Below, piece by piece: positions 49,038-58,389 of a stretch of 64,000 bases of DNA. Under the pieces are notes generated by a model. The model saw nothing but the letters and a program-made list of their open reading frames with translations, had not been told where the DNA came from and made no database searches. The stretch is from assembly GCA_965116925.1 (NCBI GenBank), contig OZ220744.1, forward strand, positions 1,408,001 to 1,472,000, read 5' to 3'. Every line of letters begins with the position of its first letter. Position 1 is the stretch's first letter. Source of the stretch: Candidatus Poribacteria bacterium (GTDB taxonomy: Bacteria > Poribacteria > WGA-4E > PCPOR2b). The position numbers and the translations under genes are program-made.

Positions 49038-50165
49038 TCAGAAATCGTAAACAATACTAAATCGATGGCTGCCTGCTGTGCCCCTGATCCCGCCGATAGG
49101 GAAAAGAAAGCCGTAGTCGATTCTGAGACTTCTGAATGGACGATAACCACCACCAAGTGTCAGGTTTGTTCCCCATGCCAGATTTTCCAATCGGAATCCG
49201 CCACGTAGGCTTAAACTTTCATCATAGAACTGAGATTCAATGCCGACTTTGACATCGACTTCGCTCTCTCTGAAAACGAGATCCATCCCCCATGTGGAGT
49301 TCTCCGCTACAATACCCATACCGAGCATTACCTGCAGTGGAAGATTTTCGGTGGCAGTTGAACTGGCAGAAGCAATATTAGGTGTGTTGAGATTCTGGAG
49401 AGAAAGTGCTATCGGAATATTTGGGGATGGACGAAAGATCATGCCAACATCGAATGCGAACCGACTTCGCCCCGGCAAGTCTTCCACAACAGCACCATCT
49501 GCCCCGATTGTCGGTGCTGTGTCCCAATTCAATAGCTTGACTGCACCTCCAAGCGAGACGCGTCGTTTTTCTTTCGCTCCGAAGTTGTAACTCTTGCTCA
49601 CCCCAACAAGGAGGTAATTTTCAGAATACAACTCACCGACATTCAACCGCTTCCAGAGTAGTCCTAAGGCTCCTTGTGCGGGTCGGGAATAGGCATAGCT
49701 AATCAGATTTTGTGTAATCGAGGTCTTATCGCTCAATCCGAGATGTAGCCTCGCCATTGTTGCTGATAGCTGTTGTGCGGATTGGCGTGGTTCGGTTTGA
49801 TGCGTCAAGCTAGCAATTGATGCGGGATTAACTAACAATCCATCTGATTCCTCCCCGATAGCCGAAAACGCTCCGCCCATAGCAAAAGCACGTGCACCGA
49901 TAAACCCATCTTCAAATGCGGCATGCGTCGGCACAGGAAAGCCCGCTATGCCAACCCCAATCAGTACGAGAAAGAGTATTAACTTGAGAAAAGGAGAAGA
50001 ATGGCAAAAGAACAAAAGAAAGGGTTGGAAAGTAGAGGTGCAAGGACGGGGAGAATGCAAGATTGGGAGATCGGAACAACAGCAAGTGATAGAAATCCAC
50101 AGCCTGCCCCTACTTCTGTTCCTACTTCCAACTGAAAAATTACTCATCGGTAAATTTGTAGCCAA
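49038..50165 (-). CDS. PorV/PorQ-like outer-membrane beta-barrel protein (start uncertain)
   Basis: Signal peptide ending THA-AFE; GARAFAMGGAF..NPA N-terminus; C-terminal HRFSIVYDF. Confidence 0.7.
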   Translation of the reverse strand: MATNLPMSNFSVGSRNRSRGRLWISITCCCSDLPILHSPRPCTSTFQPFLLFFCHSSPFLKLILFLVLIGVGIAGFPVPTHAAFEDGFIGARAFAMGGAFSAIGEESDGLLVNPASIASLTHQTEPRQSAQQLSATMARLHLGLSDKTSITQNLISYAYSRPAQGALGLLWKRLNVGELYSENYLLVGVSKSYNFGAKEKRRVSLGGAVKLLNWDTAPTIGADGAVVEDLPGRSRFAFDVGMIFRPSPNIPIALSLQNLNTPNIASASSTATENLPLQVMLGMGIVAENSTWGMDLVFRESEVDVKVGIESQFYDESLSLRGGFRLENLAWGTNLTLGGGYRPFRSLRIDYGFLFPIGGIRGTAGSHRFSIVYDF

Positions 50166-50844
50166 CTCCCCAGACAGTTATAATGTATTGGGGGTGGCTC
50201 GCATCTGTCTCTATCTGTTCCCGCAAACGCCGGATGTGTACATCAACAGTGCGCGCTCCCACGAAGCTATCCTGCCCCCACACATAATCGAGTAAGTGAT
50301 CGCGCGAATAGACATGTCCTGGGTTTTGCATTAAAAATAGTAGAAGATCGAACTCTTTCATTGTGAGTTCTAATTGCTTAGACCCAATGTTGGCTGTCCG
50401 GCGTTCAGTATCAATAAACAGCTCTTTATATTTTAGTGTTACCGTCTGGTTATGAGATTGATAATCTTGGCGGTAGGTTCTTCGCAAGATCGCTTTGACC
50501 CGTGCTACCAATTCACGCGGATTGAACGGTTTGGGCATATAATCATCCGCGCCAATTTCCAATCCGACAATTTTATCCACATCGGTATCTTTTGCTGTAA
50601 GCATCAAAATTGGCACAGCGGATTCTGTCCGCATTTGCTTGCAGACTTCAAAACCATCCAATCCCGGCAACATAATGTCGAGGACAACGAGATCGGGGAG
50701 GTCTTGTCGCATTTTATCAAGTGCTTGCACTCCATCGTAAGCTGTGATAACCTCATATCCCTCTCCTGTTAGATAATCATCAATAAAATCAACGATATCT
50801 ACTTCATCATCGACCACTAGGATTTTATAAGTTTTCATTGTCAT
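50140..50844 (-). CDS. OmpR/PhoB-family response regulator (no adjacent kinase)
   Basis: VVDDE, LDIMLPG, GADDY.KPF, RTVDVHIRRLR, TVWGVGYKF. Confidence 0.95.
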   Translation of the reverse strand: MTMKTYKILVVDDEVDIVDFIDDYLTGEGYEVITAYDGVQALDKMRQDLPDLVVLDIMLPGLDGFEVCKQMRTESAVPILMLTAKDTDVDKIVGLEIGADDYMPKPFNPRELVARVKAILRRTYRQDYQSHNQTVTLKYKELFIDTERRTANIGSKQLELTMKEFDLLLFLMQNPGHVYSRDHLLDYVWGQDSFVGARTVDVHIRRLREQIETDASHPQYIITVWGVGYKFTDE

Positions 50845-51206
50845 TGTCTGTCTTGGAATCACCTACAGTTTTATGATTCTCTGAGTTGATGTTGTAGGCA
50901 TACAGTGCTGGAAATGATTTTATCACTAGTTCCAAAGAAGATCCAGCCGCGCGAAGGGATAAACACTCTACAATATCGGACATGATGCCTAAAACGCGAG
51001 GGTAATTTTCTCTATATTTCGGCTGCTGTTATTATACTTGATGTCCAGATCTCTGTCAAATCCCATACTGAAAAGTAATCGGCTGAACCAGACCAAAGTC
51101 AGCAGATTTGTTTGTAAAATTTATGAAATTGAGATATAATCATAATTGACAGTGAATCCACGATGCGGGGTTGTCTGGTAGAGAATTCAATTTTGTTGCC
51201 TGACAT

Positions 51207-51247
51207 AAGCATAAGCACTTGATCTATGCTTTCTTTTTTGTTATAAT
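51207..51247 (+). promoter_or_regulatory. Promoter of the sulfite reductase gene with overlapping palindromic operator
   Basis: TTGATC-N17-TATAAT (51219-51247); AAGCATA-N11-TATGCTT (51207-51231) spans the -35 box. Confidence 0.6.
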
Positions 51248-51514
51248 ATATTGTATAATCCCGCTTAAAAAAGATCTAGAAGCCGATTTTTCACGGTCAA
51301 GAGAAAAGATTGGGAAGACAATTCGACCCATGAGACGAAAATCTGGAGGAAAGTGAACGAGAAATCAGGTCTCCCAAAAATAGGTGGCGACTTGGACCGT
51401 AACAGCTCACCGTAGAATCATAATTAAGAACGGTGTAATAGATTAAAATCCTAAACCCCATCAGAGATGGTGCTGTTTATGCGAACCCCAACCCCAATTT
51501 GGAAGGAGCCAATA

Positions 51515-53953
51515 ATGGCGACAGAGAGTTTAGTACCTTTTAACGTGGATGCAATAGATCCGGATGAGGCCCGCGCAATTGAAATTTATGAGATGCAGCT
51601 GGGTCGCGTTCAAGCGGGCCAGATGCCGGAGGAGATTTTCCTCGAATTTAGACTCCGTCACGGTGTTTATGGGCAACGCGACGAAGGTTCACAGATGATT
51701 CGCGTAAAAATTCCGTTCGGTGGTCTAAACGCGGGGCAACTGGAAATGCTTGCAGATGTTGCCGAAGAATTTTCGGATAATATCATTCACATCACGACCC
51801 GCCAAGATGTGCAGTATCACTATGTGGACATTAACAATACGCCAGAGTTAATGCGTCGATTAGCCTCCGTTGGTATTACGACCAAGGAAGCATGTGGAAA
51901 CGTGGTTCGGAATGTCACCGCTTGCCCCCTTTCTGGCGTATGTAACGATGAACCTTTTGATGTAACACCTCACTCCAAGGCGTTGTCTGCCTTCCTGTTG
52001 GGACATCAAGATGCACAAGACTTCGGACGCAAGTTCAAGATAGCGTTTTCTGGCTGCCATGAACATGCCTGTGGTTTAGGATACATGCACGACATCGGCG
52101 CGGTTGCGGCAATTAAAGAGGTTGATGGCAAACCGAAGCGTGGATTCAAGTTGCTTGTCGGTGGTGGCCTTGGCCCTGTGCCACATCAGGCAAAAGTCTT
52201 TGACGAGTTTGTGCCTGAAGAGGAATTGCTGCCGATTTCGCAAGCAATTTCGAGGGTATTCACCCGTCTTGGAGAACGTAAGAATCGCAACAAGGCGCGG
52301 ATGAAGTTTGTCGTAGCAAATCTTGGCATCGAAGAGTTTCGGCGTCTTGTGTTGGAAGAACGGGAACAGTTACGCCATGATCCTGCGTGGACTGCTCATC
52401 TCGAAAATCTGGACGCGTATGATGAGACACCACTTAAGCCGCCGACGCAGCTTAACGGTGCATCGAAACCGGAAGGATTTGATGAATGGCATGCCACAAA
52501 CGTGCGTTCCCAACGACAGCCGGGATACGCAGTCGTCAATATCACGTTGCCGCTTGGAGACATCACCGCGGATCAGACACGGGCATTGGCGGATATTTCG
52601 CGCAAATACGTGAAGGATACCATCCGCACGACCGTCGAGCAGAATCTTGTTTTGCGTTGGGTCAGCATGAGCGATCTGCCCGCACTCTATCAGGAACTCA
52701 AAGCAATCGGCTTAGGTGCATCGGGTGCTGAAAGTACGGTTGATATTACAGCCTGCCCCGGCACCGATTCCTGCAAACTGGGCATCTCATCTTCTCGTGG
52801 GTTAGCCGCCTACTTGAGGAACTATTTCATCGAAACCGGTGTGAAGGAAGGGCTCCAAGATCTGCGGATCAAGATCAGCGGTTGCCCCAATTCATGTGGT
52901 CAACACCACATCGCAAACATTGGCTTCTTCGGCTCATCAAGACGTATGGGGAAACACATCGCCCCGTATTATCAGGTTCTGTTGGGCGGTCACGCTATCG
53001 AGAATGCTAGTGCTTATGGACTTGCCGCCGGAAAGATTCACGGCAAGAACATCCCGCAATTCATCGAACACCTGACAGGAAGATACATTGATGAACGAGA
53101 CGACGATGAATCTTTCACCGACTACATTGCGAGACTCGGCAAGGTCGAGATTAAGGCGATCCTCCGTGAGTATGATAAGATCCCTTCCTTCGAGGAAGAT
53201 CCCAGCTACTATATCGACACCGGCGACACGAAGGAGTTTCAACTCAAAACGGGTGTCGGCGAGTGTGCGGGGGCATTGGTCGAGTTGGTTTCGTTCATAC
53301 TTGAAGAGGCGGACCGGCTGATCTATGAGGCGGGGATCGATTTGGAACGTGACCAATATGTGGATTCCGCTGAACACGCTTTTGAAGCGATGATCAAAGC
53401 CGCGGACGCACTGCTGACGACCGAGGGACAGCAACACATTGACAACGAGACGACAGTCAGGGAATTCCGAAGTCGGTTCTTTGAACCGGGAGTTGTCTTC
53501 CCCGGTTTTGGAGCACATATATTTAAGGCAGCAGAGGAAGATCCCAGCACCTTTGATAGGGAGCTAACCCATCGTCGTGTCGAGGAAGCCACCCTCTTTG
53601 TTGAGGAAGCCCATAACGTCTACGGACGGATGCGGATTCGGCAGGAGGAGGAGGCAGACACCAAGAAACGGGAAGCTAGACCGGCCCGTATCCCCAAGGC
53701 GCCGCCGAAAGCGGAGCCTGTCGAGGAGATCGTTGATAGTCTCGACCTTAAAGGCGTGGCGTGTCCGTTCAACTACGTGCAAGCCAAAATCCGCTTGGAG
53801 ACGATGAATGTTGGTCAGCTGCTCGAAATCACGATTGATGATGGCGAGCCGATTGAAAACGTCCCCAAGAGCCTCACGAACGATGGGCATGAGATTACCG
53901 ACACCAAGAAGGTTGGTCAGCACTATCGACTCGTGATTCGCAAAGGTGAATAA
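51515..53953 (+). CDS. Siroheme sulfite/nitrite reductase fused to a helical (HEPN-like) domain and a C-terminal TusA/SirA sulfur carrier
   Basis: GVYGQR, TTRQD, RKFKIAFSGC, CPGTDSC, SGCPNSC; C-terminal LDLKGVACPFN...DDGEP. Confidence 0.9.
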   Translation: MATESLVPFNVDAIDPDEARAIEIYEMQLGRVQAGQMPEEIFLEFRLRHGVYGQRDEGSQMIRVKIPFGGLNAGQLEMLADVAEEFSDNIIHITTRQDVQYHYVDINNTPELMRRLASVGITTKEACGNVVRNVTACPLSGVCNDEPFDVTPHSKALSAFLLGHQDAQDFGRKFKIAFSGCHEHACGLGYMHDIGAVAAIKEVDGKPKRGFKLLVGGGLGPVPHQAKVFDEFVPEEELLPISQAISRVFTRLGERKNRNKARMKFVVANLGIEEFRRLVLEEREQLRHDPAWTAHLENLDAYDETPLKPPTQLNGASKPEGFDEWHATNVRSQRQPGYAVVNITLPLGDITADQTRALADISRKYVKDTIRTTVEQNLVLRWVSMSDLPALYQELKAIGLGASGAESTVDITACPGTDSCKLGISSSRGLAAYLRNYFIETGVKEGLQDLRIKISGCPNSCGQHHIANIGFFGSSRRMGKHIAPYYQVLLGGHAIENASAYGLAAGKIHGKNIPQFIEHLTGRYIDERDDDESFTDYIARLGKVEIKAILREYDKIPSFEEDPSYYIDTGDTKEFQLKTGVGECAGALVELVSFILEEADRLIYEAGIDLERDQYVDSAEHAFEAMIKAADALLTTEGQQHIDNETTVREFRSRFFEPGVVFPGFGAHIFKAAEEDPSTFDRELTHRRVEEATLFVEEAHNVYGRMRIRQEEEADTKKREARPARIPKAPPKAEPVEEIVDSLDLKGVACPFNYVQAKIRLETMNVGQLLEITIDDGEPIENVPKSLTNDGHEITDTKKVGQHYRLVIRKGE

Positions 53954-53980
53954 CGGATAAGGGGTAAGAGGTTGTCAAAG

Positions 53981-54027
53981 TAAAGCGTGATGGACTGAAG
54001 TTGGGTTCGTCACGCTTTATTTTTTTA
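53981..54027 (+). terminator. Intrinsic terminator
   Basis: TAAAGCGTGA...TCACGCTTTA stem followed by a T-tract. Confidence 0.65.
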
Positions 54028-54120
54028 TAAGGCCACCCCAGATACAATCACATCAATAACGGTTCATACAGCAACACAACAACAGATTCGATTCCGGATT
54101 CGGACCGGAGAGATATACTC

Positions 54121-54342
54121 TTGAATAAGACAAAGATGGCATATTTTGAGCAAGAAGACATATTGCATTTGGCGATCTCTGATGAACCAGAAAGGGGAAG
54201 TATTGAACTGAGTCCCAATATTACCGCAGAATTGAATGACAACGGAGAACTAATCGGTATCGAAATTCTAAATGCTAGTGCCTTCATTCGAGATTCAATT
54301 TTGGAATCTGTACAAGCAAAGATACTTTCGCTCGGCAAATGA
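54121..54342 (+). CDS. DUF2283-like protein (putative antitoxin)
   Basis: YFEQEDILHL...ELNDNGELIGIEILNAS. Confidence 0.8.
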   Translation: MNKTKMAYFEQEDILHLAISDEPERGSIELSPNITAELNDNGELIGIEILNASAFIRDSILESVQAKILSLGK

Positions 54343-54366
54343 AGTAAAGCGAATTAGGAACCTGTT

Positions 54367-54576
54367 ATGCAACAAATAATTGATGATAAAAATCAACTCA
54401 AGGAAGTGTTCAAACAAGCATTCGCTGAATTGCTACAAAAACGGAGAGATATGTTGTACGATGTTTTTACAGAAGTTCTTGAGGATATAGCTTTGGCAAA
54501 TGCAATCAAAGAAGGGGAAGAAACCGAGGTTGTCTCCAGAAAACAGGTTTTCAAAATCTTAGAAGGTGAATCTTGA
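54367..54576 (+). CDS. Putative antitoxin
   Basis: Small acidic helical protein (EDIALANAIKEG..VSR) overlapping a RelE-like start. Confidence 0.6.
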   Translation: MQQIIDDKNQLKEVFKQAFAELLQKRRDMLYDVFTEVLEDIALANAIKEGEETEVVSRKQVFKILEGES

Positions 54577-54707
54577 AAGTTGAATTTAGAAGTAGCTTCG
54601 CTAGGGACCTCAGACGCCTCCGGTACCGATTTGTAAAAGAACGCGTCAAAGGGACGATACAACAAATTGAAGAGGCAGATGACCTTACAGAAGTCAGTAA
54701 CATTTGA
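54573..54707 (+). pseudogene. Truncated RelE/ParE-family toxin
   Basis: TTG-KVEFRSSFARDLRRL...TEVSNI-stop (44 aa); the usual YRIR.GDYR half is missing. Confidence 0.65.
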
Positions 54708-54723
54708 GGAAGGAAAAGTAATT

Positions 54724-54942
54724 ATGACACAACTTCTGGAAAAAGTACTCACCGAGGTTTATAAACTTCCACCCGAAAAACAGGACACCATTGCAGCGTT
54801 GATTCTTGAAGAACTTGACGATGAACAACGATGGGACGCGGCTTTTGCCGAATCACAAGATAAAATTGCCCAACTTGCCCGCAAAGTCCGTGCTGACATT
54901 AAGGCAGGTCGCATCAAAAAGATGGGGATTGATGAGTTGTGA
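54724..54942 (+). CDS. Putative antitoxin
   Basis: MTQLLEK...LPPEKQD...DEQRWD..F; GTGA overlap with the downstream toxin. Confidence 0.7.
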   Translation: MTQLLEKVLTEVYKLPPEKQDTIAALILEELDDEQRWDAAFAESQDKIAQLARKVRADIKAGRIKKMGIDEL

Positions 54943-55208
54943 ACTCATATCTGACAGAGGATTTTCTTGCCTGCTTTCGACGATTGCCTCAGAACGTCAA
55001 AGAGAAAGCTCGCAGGAATTACCGTCTTTGGCGGCAAGACCCTAACCAGCCAAGTTTGCAATTCAAACGGGTACATTCCAGAGAGCGGATTTACTCAATC
55101 CGAGTCGGAATTGGCTGGCGCGCTTTGGGCTTGCGGGAAGATGATGCGATCTATTGGTTCTGGATAGGCTCTCATGCTGAATATGACAGATTGCTCAATC
55201 AACTTTGA
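54939..55208 (+). CDS. RelE/ParE-like toxin
   Basis: PSLQFKRV, YSIRVGIGWRALG, WFWIGSHAEYD. Confidence 0.8.
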   Translation: MNSYLTEDFLACFRRLPQNVKEKARRNYRLWRQDPNQPSLQFKRVHSRERIYSIRVGIGWRALGLREDDAIYWFWIGSHAEYDRLLNQL

Positions 55209-55265
55209 ACTCCAAACGTGCCGAATTATACCTTGGATTGACTTCAGGACGGGGAAGGAAACAAA

Positions 55266-55526
55266 ATGCTCAACGATGAAGCGTGGAATGAAACATTAAT
55301 GGAGAAAAAGGTAACGTATAGTATTGAAGTCGCTGGGCAGTTCGTCATTATTGAAAATGTGCCTGCCCGCGTAAATGTCGAAACAGGAGAAAGGTACTTT
55401 TCTCCAGAAACCGTTGAACACTTACAGCAAGCTGTATGGGAGCGGTATCGCCCTGTTCGCACTATCGAAACACTTGTGTATGAGTACACCGCATTTGAGC
55501 CTGACAAGCCGTTGCAGCCATCTTAG
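55266..55526 (+). CDS. YgiT/MqsA-type zinc-finger-like protein (Cys residues lost)
   Basis: IIENVPARVNVETGERYFSPETV. Confidence 0.75.
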   Translation: MLNDEAWNETLMEKKVTYSIEVAGQFVIIENVPARVNVETGERYFSPETVEHLQQAVWERYRPVRTIETLVYEYTAFEPDKPLQPS

Positions 55527-55632
55527 CCCGAATCTATTAGGGCAACGGTGGGGAATACAGTGTTCAGGAAACCCCACCGTGTACATCTTAGAGTCGGATA
55601 ACTGAACTTTTTCGCCTGAAGAGATATGTAAG

Positions 55633-56451
55633 ATGAACCAAAAATTTGAGATAAGCCCAAAACTAAAAAAGTGGCTCAAATGGATGGAAATTATTCAAGG
55701 CGAGATTCAAACGCTTCTGCGGGATACAAACATGTTCTGGGAAGTCCAAGATATCATCCGTGAGAATCCGCGTATCCAACAGCCGAGTGCTTTCTATCGC
55801 TATCTTGGAAGGACTTATCTTTCCCATGCGCTAGCGGGGTTACGTCGGCAAGTCAAGCCACAGAAGGACAGCATATCTTTTGTGGGTTTGCTTGAGGATA
55901 TTGCTAAAAACCCTGAAGAGTTATCTCGCAGCTACTACCGTTCTCTCTGTGCTAATTCTGATGGACCTGACATCAGCCAAATTGAGATTGAGGGCAAGGA
56001 AGGGCTTGAAGAGGTGGGAATTACTGACACTTCGCAACTGAAGGATTTGATACATATGGATGACTTCGCCCCCTACGCAGATGCCAGCGGAGAGCATGTA
56101 TGTCCCAAGATGGTGAAAGCCGATCTAAATGCACTCAAATTAGCAGTAGAAAAACATGAGGAGTTTGCTGATAAACGTATTGCCCATTGGGATAAGGGTG
56201 AACCGGACGTTGTACCAACATTCGGAGAATTGGACGATTGCATTAAATTACTCGACAAGACGTATGTGAAATATCATCTCCTGTTTTATGCCGAATCTAT
56301 AGACACGTTGATGCCAACCTATCAATATGAATGGAAGGCCGTTTTTCTGGAACCTTGGCTAAAAGCTGTCGCTGGAAGTGCAAAAGGACTTATTCACATC
56401 CATGAAGATTTTGACGACGAACTCCCAGATTTCAAAGAGTATATGGAATAA
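55633..56451 (+). CDS. HEPN/AbiU2-like protein with a DUF2281-like C-terminal tail
   Basis: Helical protein with DSISF..LL and ADKRIAH; ends AGSAKGLIHIHEDFDDELPDFKEYME. Confidence 0.55.
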   Translation: MNQKFEISPKLKKWLKWMEIIQGEIQTLLRDTNMFWEVQDIIRENPRIQQPSAFYRYLGRTYLSHALAGLRRQVKPQKDSISFVGLLEDIAKNPEELSRSYYRSLCANSDGPDISQIEIEGKEGLEEVGITDTSQLKDLIHMDDFAPYADASGEHVCPKMVKADLNALKLAVEKHEEFADKRIAHWDKGEPDVVPTFGELDDCIKLLDKTYVKYHLLFYAESIDTLMPTYQYEWKAVFLEPWLKAVAGSAKGLIHIHEDFDDELPDFKEYME

Positions 56452-56484
56452 GAAAGTCAAAAGGAGAATCGAGGAGTTTCAAAG

Positions 56485-56721
56485 ATGACCCAAAGCGCAA
56501 AGTACATCAAGATTGTCGAATGGTCTGAAGAGGATCAATGTTTCATCGGTTGTTGTCCGGGAGTGATTGGTCCGTGTTGTCATGGGAACGATGAAGTCGA
56601 AGTTTATCGGGAGTTATGCCAGATTGTTGATGAGTGGCTGGCAATCACTTATCAGGAAAATAAGGTACTACCACCCCCGACTATCGGTAGGAATGTTGCC
56701 GAATTGTTAACAGCCACCTGA
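56485..56721 (+). CDS. HicB-like antitoxin (no HicA partner seen)
   Basis: IVEWSEEDQCFIG.CP...CHG...LPPP. Confidence 0.75.
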   Translation: MTQSAKYIKIVEWSEEDQCFIGCCPGVIGPCCHGNDEVEVYRELCQIVDEWLAITYQENKVLPPPTIGRNVAELLTAT

Positions 56722-56937
56722 GCAGAATCCACCGTTGCGGTTGGCGGTGCTAAGTTGTCGTTTTGCTGATGTTCTTGAGGTTTTGTCTTGGAGTCTTTTG
56801 ACAAACGCATTCTCCACAAGCAACTACATTTTTTCCGTTAGATTTTCAGTGAAGGGGACGAACCAACTTCGTCTCCCTATCCCCTATATGGGTGTTAAAA
56901 TCATTTCCAGAAAAGGAGTTTCTGATTACAGCAAACT

Positions 56938-57519
56938 ATGGATCTACAACAGATTAACATTAAGGTTTTCACCACAGAAGACAGCCAAATCAACTATGAG
57001 AATTTCATCAGGGTATTCAACAGGTGGATGGCAGAGGGAGAACCAGACGAGTACCTGAACTACGCTGATTACTCATTTACCCACGCGGGTCCCGGCGTTC
57101 TACTAATTTCGGCAAGCACCAACTATAGCATTGATGCAGCCAGAAGTCGTCACGGTTTTCTCTATAACCGGAAGCATAAGGTAGAAGGGGATAATCGCGA
57201 AAAAATCCATCAGGCGTTCACCGAAACACTTCAAAGATGTGTTCGTTTAGAAGAGGCAGAAGAACTAGAGAACGCTGTACATCTAAACGGAGATGAGATT
57301 CTGTTTTTTATTAATAACCGCCATATTGCACCAAACACCCAAGAGATGTTTGATGCGATTCAGCCGGACTTAACCGCGGTGCTAGCGCAGATGTACGGTG
57401 GGGACGACTTTACGGTTGAACTTGCATTTGAAGATATTCGGGAACGGTTTGCGGTTCAAATCTCGGCACGTTCAGGCAAAGGAATTGCGGATCTGCTAGC
57501 GAACTTGGAAAATAACTAG
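56938..57519 (+). CDS. Hypothetical protein upstream of MoeB
   Basis: Clean 193-aa ORF with RBS; ADYS.THAGPGVLLI, NNR.IAPNT. Confidence 0.7.
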   Translation: MDLQQINIKVFTTEDSQINYENFIRVFNRWMAEGEPDEYLNYADYSFTHAGPGVLLISASTNYSIDAARSRHGFLYNRKHKVEGDNREKIHQAFTETLQRCVRLEEAEELENAVHLNGDEILFFINNRHIAPNTQEMFDAIQPDLTAVLAQMYGGDDFTVELAFEDIRERFAVQISARSGKGIADLLANLENN

Positions 57520-57556
57520 AATCCATTCTTGCGGTTCATAACGAGGGAATTTTGAG

Positions 57557-58363
57557 ATGTACAATTTTAGTAGTGAGCAAATTGAGCGATATAGTCGGCA
57601 CATCATCCTCAAAGAGGTTGGGGGGATGGGGCAGACCAAGCTGCTTGAGTCGAAGGTGCTTCTCATCGGTGCAGGTGGGCTTGGATCGCCTGCGGGACTG
57701 TATCTCGCCGCAGCGGGTGTCGGAACACTCGGAATCGTTGACGACGATGTTGTGGATGTGAGCAATCTCCAACGACAGGTTCTTCACGGAACGAGCGATG
57801 TGGGCAAACTGAAGACAGAGTCCGCAAAAGAGACGATTGCAGACATTAATCCCGATGTTGAAGTCATCATGCATAACGAGAAGATAGTCTCGGCAAATGC
57901 GTTTGAAATACTTGAGGGTTATGACCTAATTGTTGATGGGTGTGATAATTTACCGACCCGTTACCTGCTGAATGATGCTAGTGTGATGCTCGGCAAACCG
58001 ATCGTGCACGGCAGTATCTTCCAATTTGAAGGACAGGTAACTGTCTTCCATCCCGGTCGGGGACCGTGTTATCGTTGTCTTTATCCATCGCCACCGCCCC
58101 CTGATATGGTGCCGAGTTGTCAAGAAGCGGGTGTGATTGGTGTGTTACCGGGTATTGTCGGAAATGTGCAAGCCGTTGAAGCTATCAAGGTCCTACTTGA
58201 CATTGGGAAACCGCTGGTCGGTCAACTGCTTCTGTTTAACGCTTTATCAATGGAGTTTAAGAAACTCACGCTTCGCCAAGATCCTGAATGCCCTGCTTGC
58301 GGTAAGAACCCAACGATTCACGAACTGATTGACTACGAGGAGTTTTGCCAAGTACGTTGGTAA
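57557..58363 (+). CDS. moeB: ThiF/MoeB-family adenylyltransferase (E1-like)
   Basis: RYSRHIIL, GAGGLGSP, SNLQRQ, PCYRC, SCQEAGV, CPAC. Confidence 0.92.
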   Translation: MYNFSSEQIERYSRHIILKEVGGMGQTKLLESKVLLIGAGGLGSPAGLYLAAAGVGTLGIVDDDVVDVSNLQRQVLHGTSDVGKLKTESAKETIADINPDVEVIMHNEKIVSANAFEILEGYDLIVDGCDNLPTRYLLNDASVMLGKPIVHGSIFQFEGQVTVFHPGRGPCYRCLYPSPPPPDMVPSCQEAGVIGVLPGIVGNVQAVEAIKVLLDIGKPLVGQLLLFNALSMEFKKLTLRQDPECPACGKNPTIHELIDYEEFCQVRW

Positions 58364-58389
58364 TCTCCACCAACCCTAGGGATAATAAG

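Noticed and set aside
51290..51470. Confident SAM-I riboswitch or T-box call
   Set aside because: Only partial motif resemblance with wrong spacing and no T-box sequence; kept as a tentative finding, not a feature.
54667..54723. Longer N-terminus for the antitoxin as given in the ORF track
   Set aside because: It overlaps the truncated RelE; ATG 54724 follows a purine-rich RBS-like stretch and gives a typical start.
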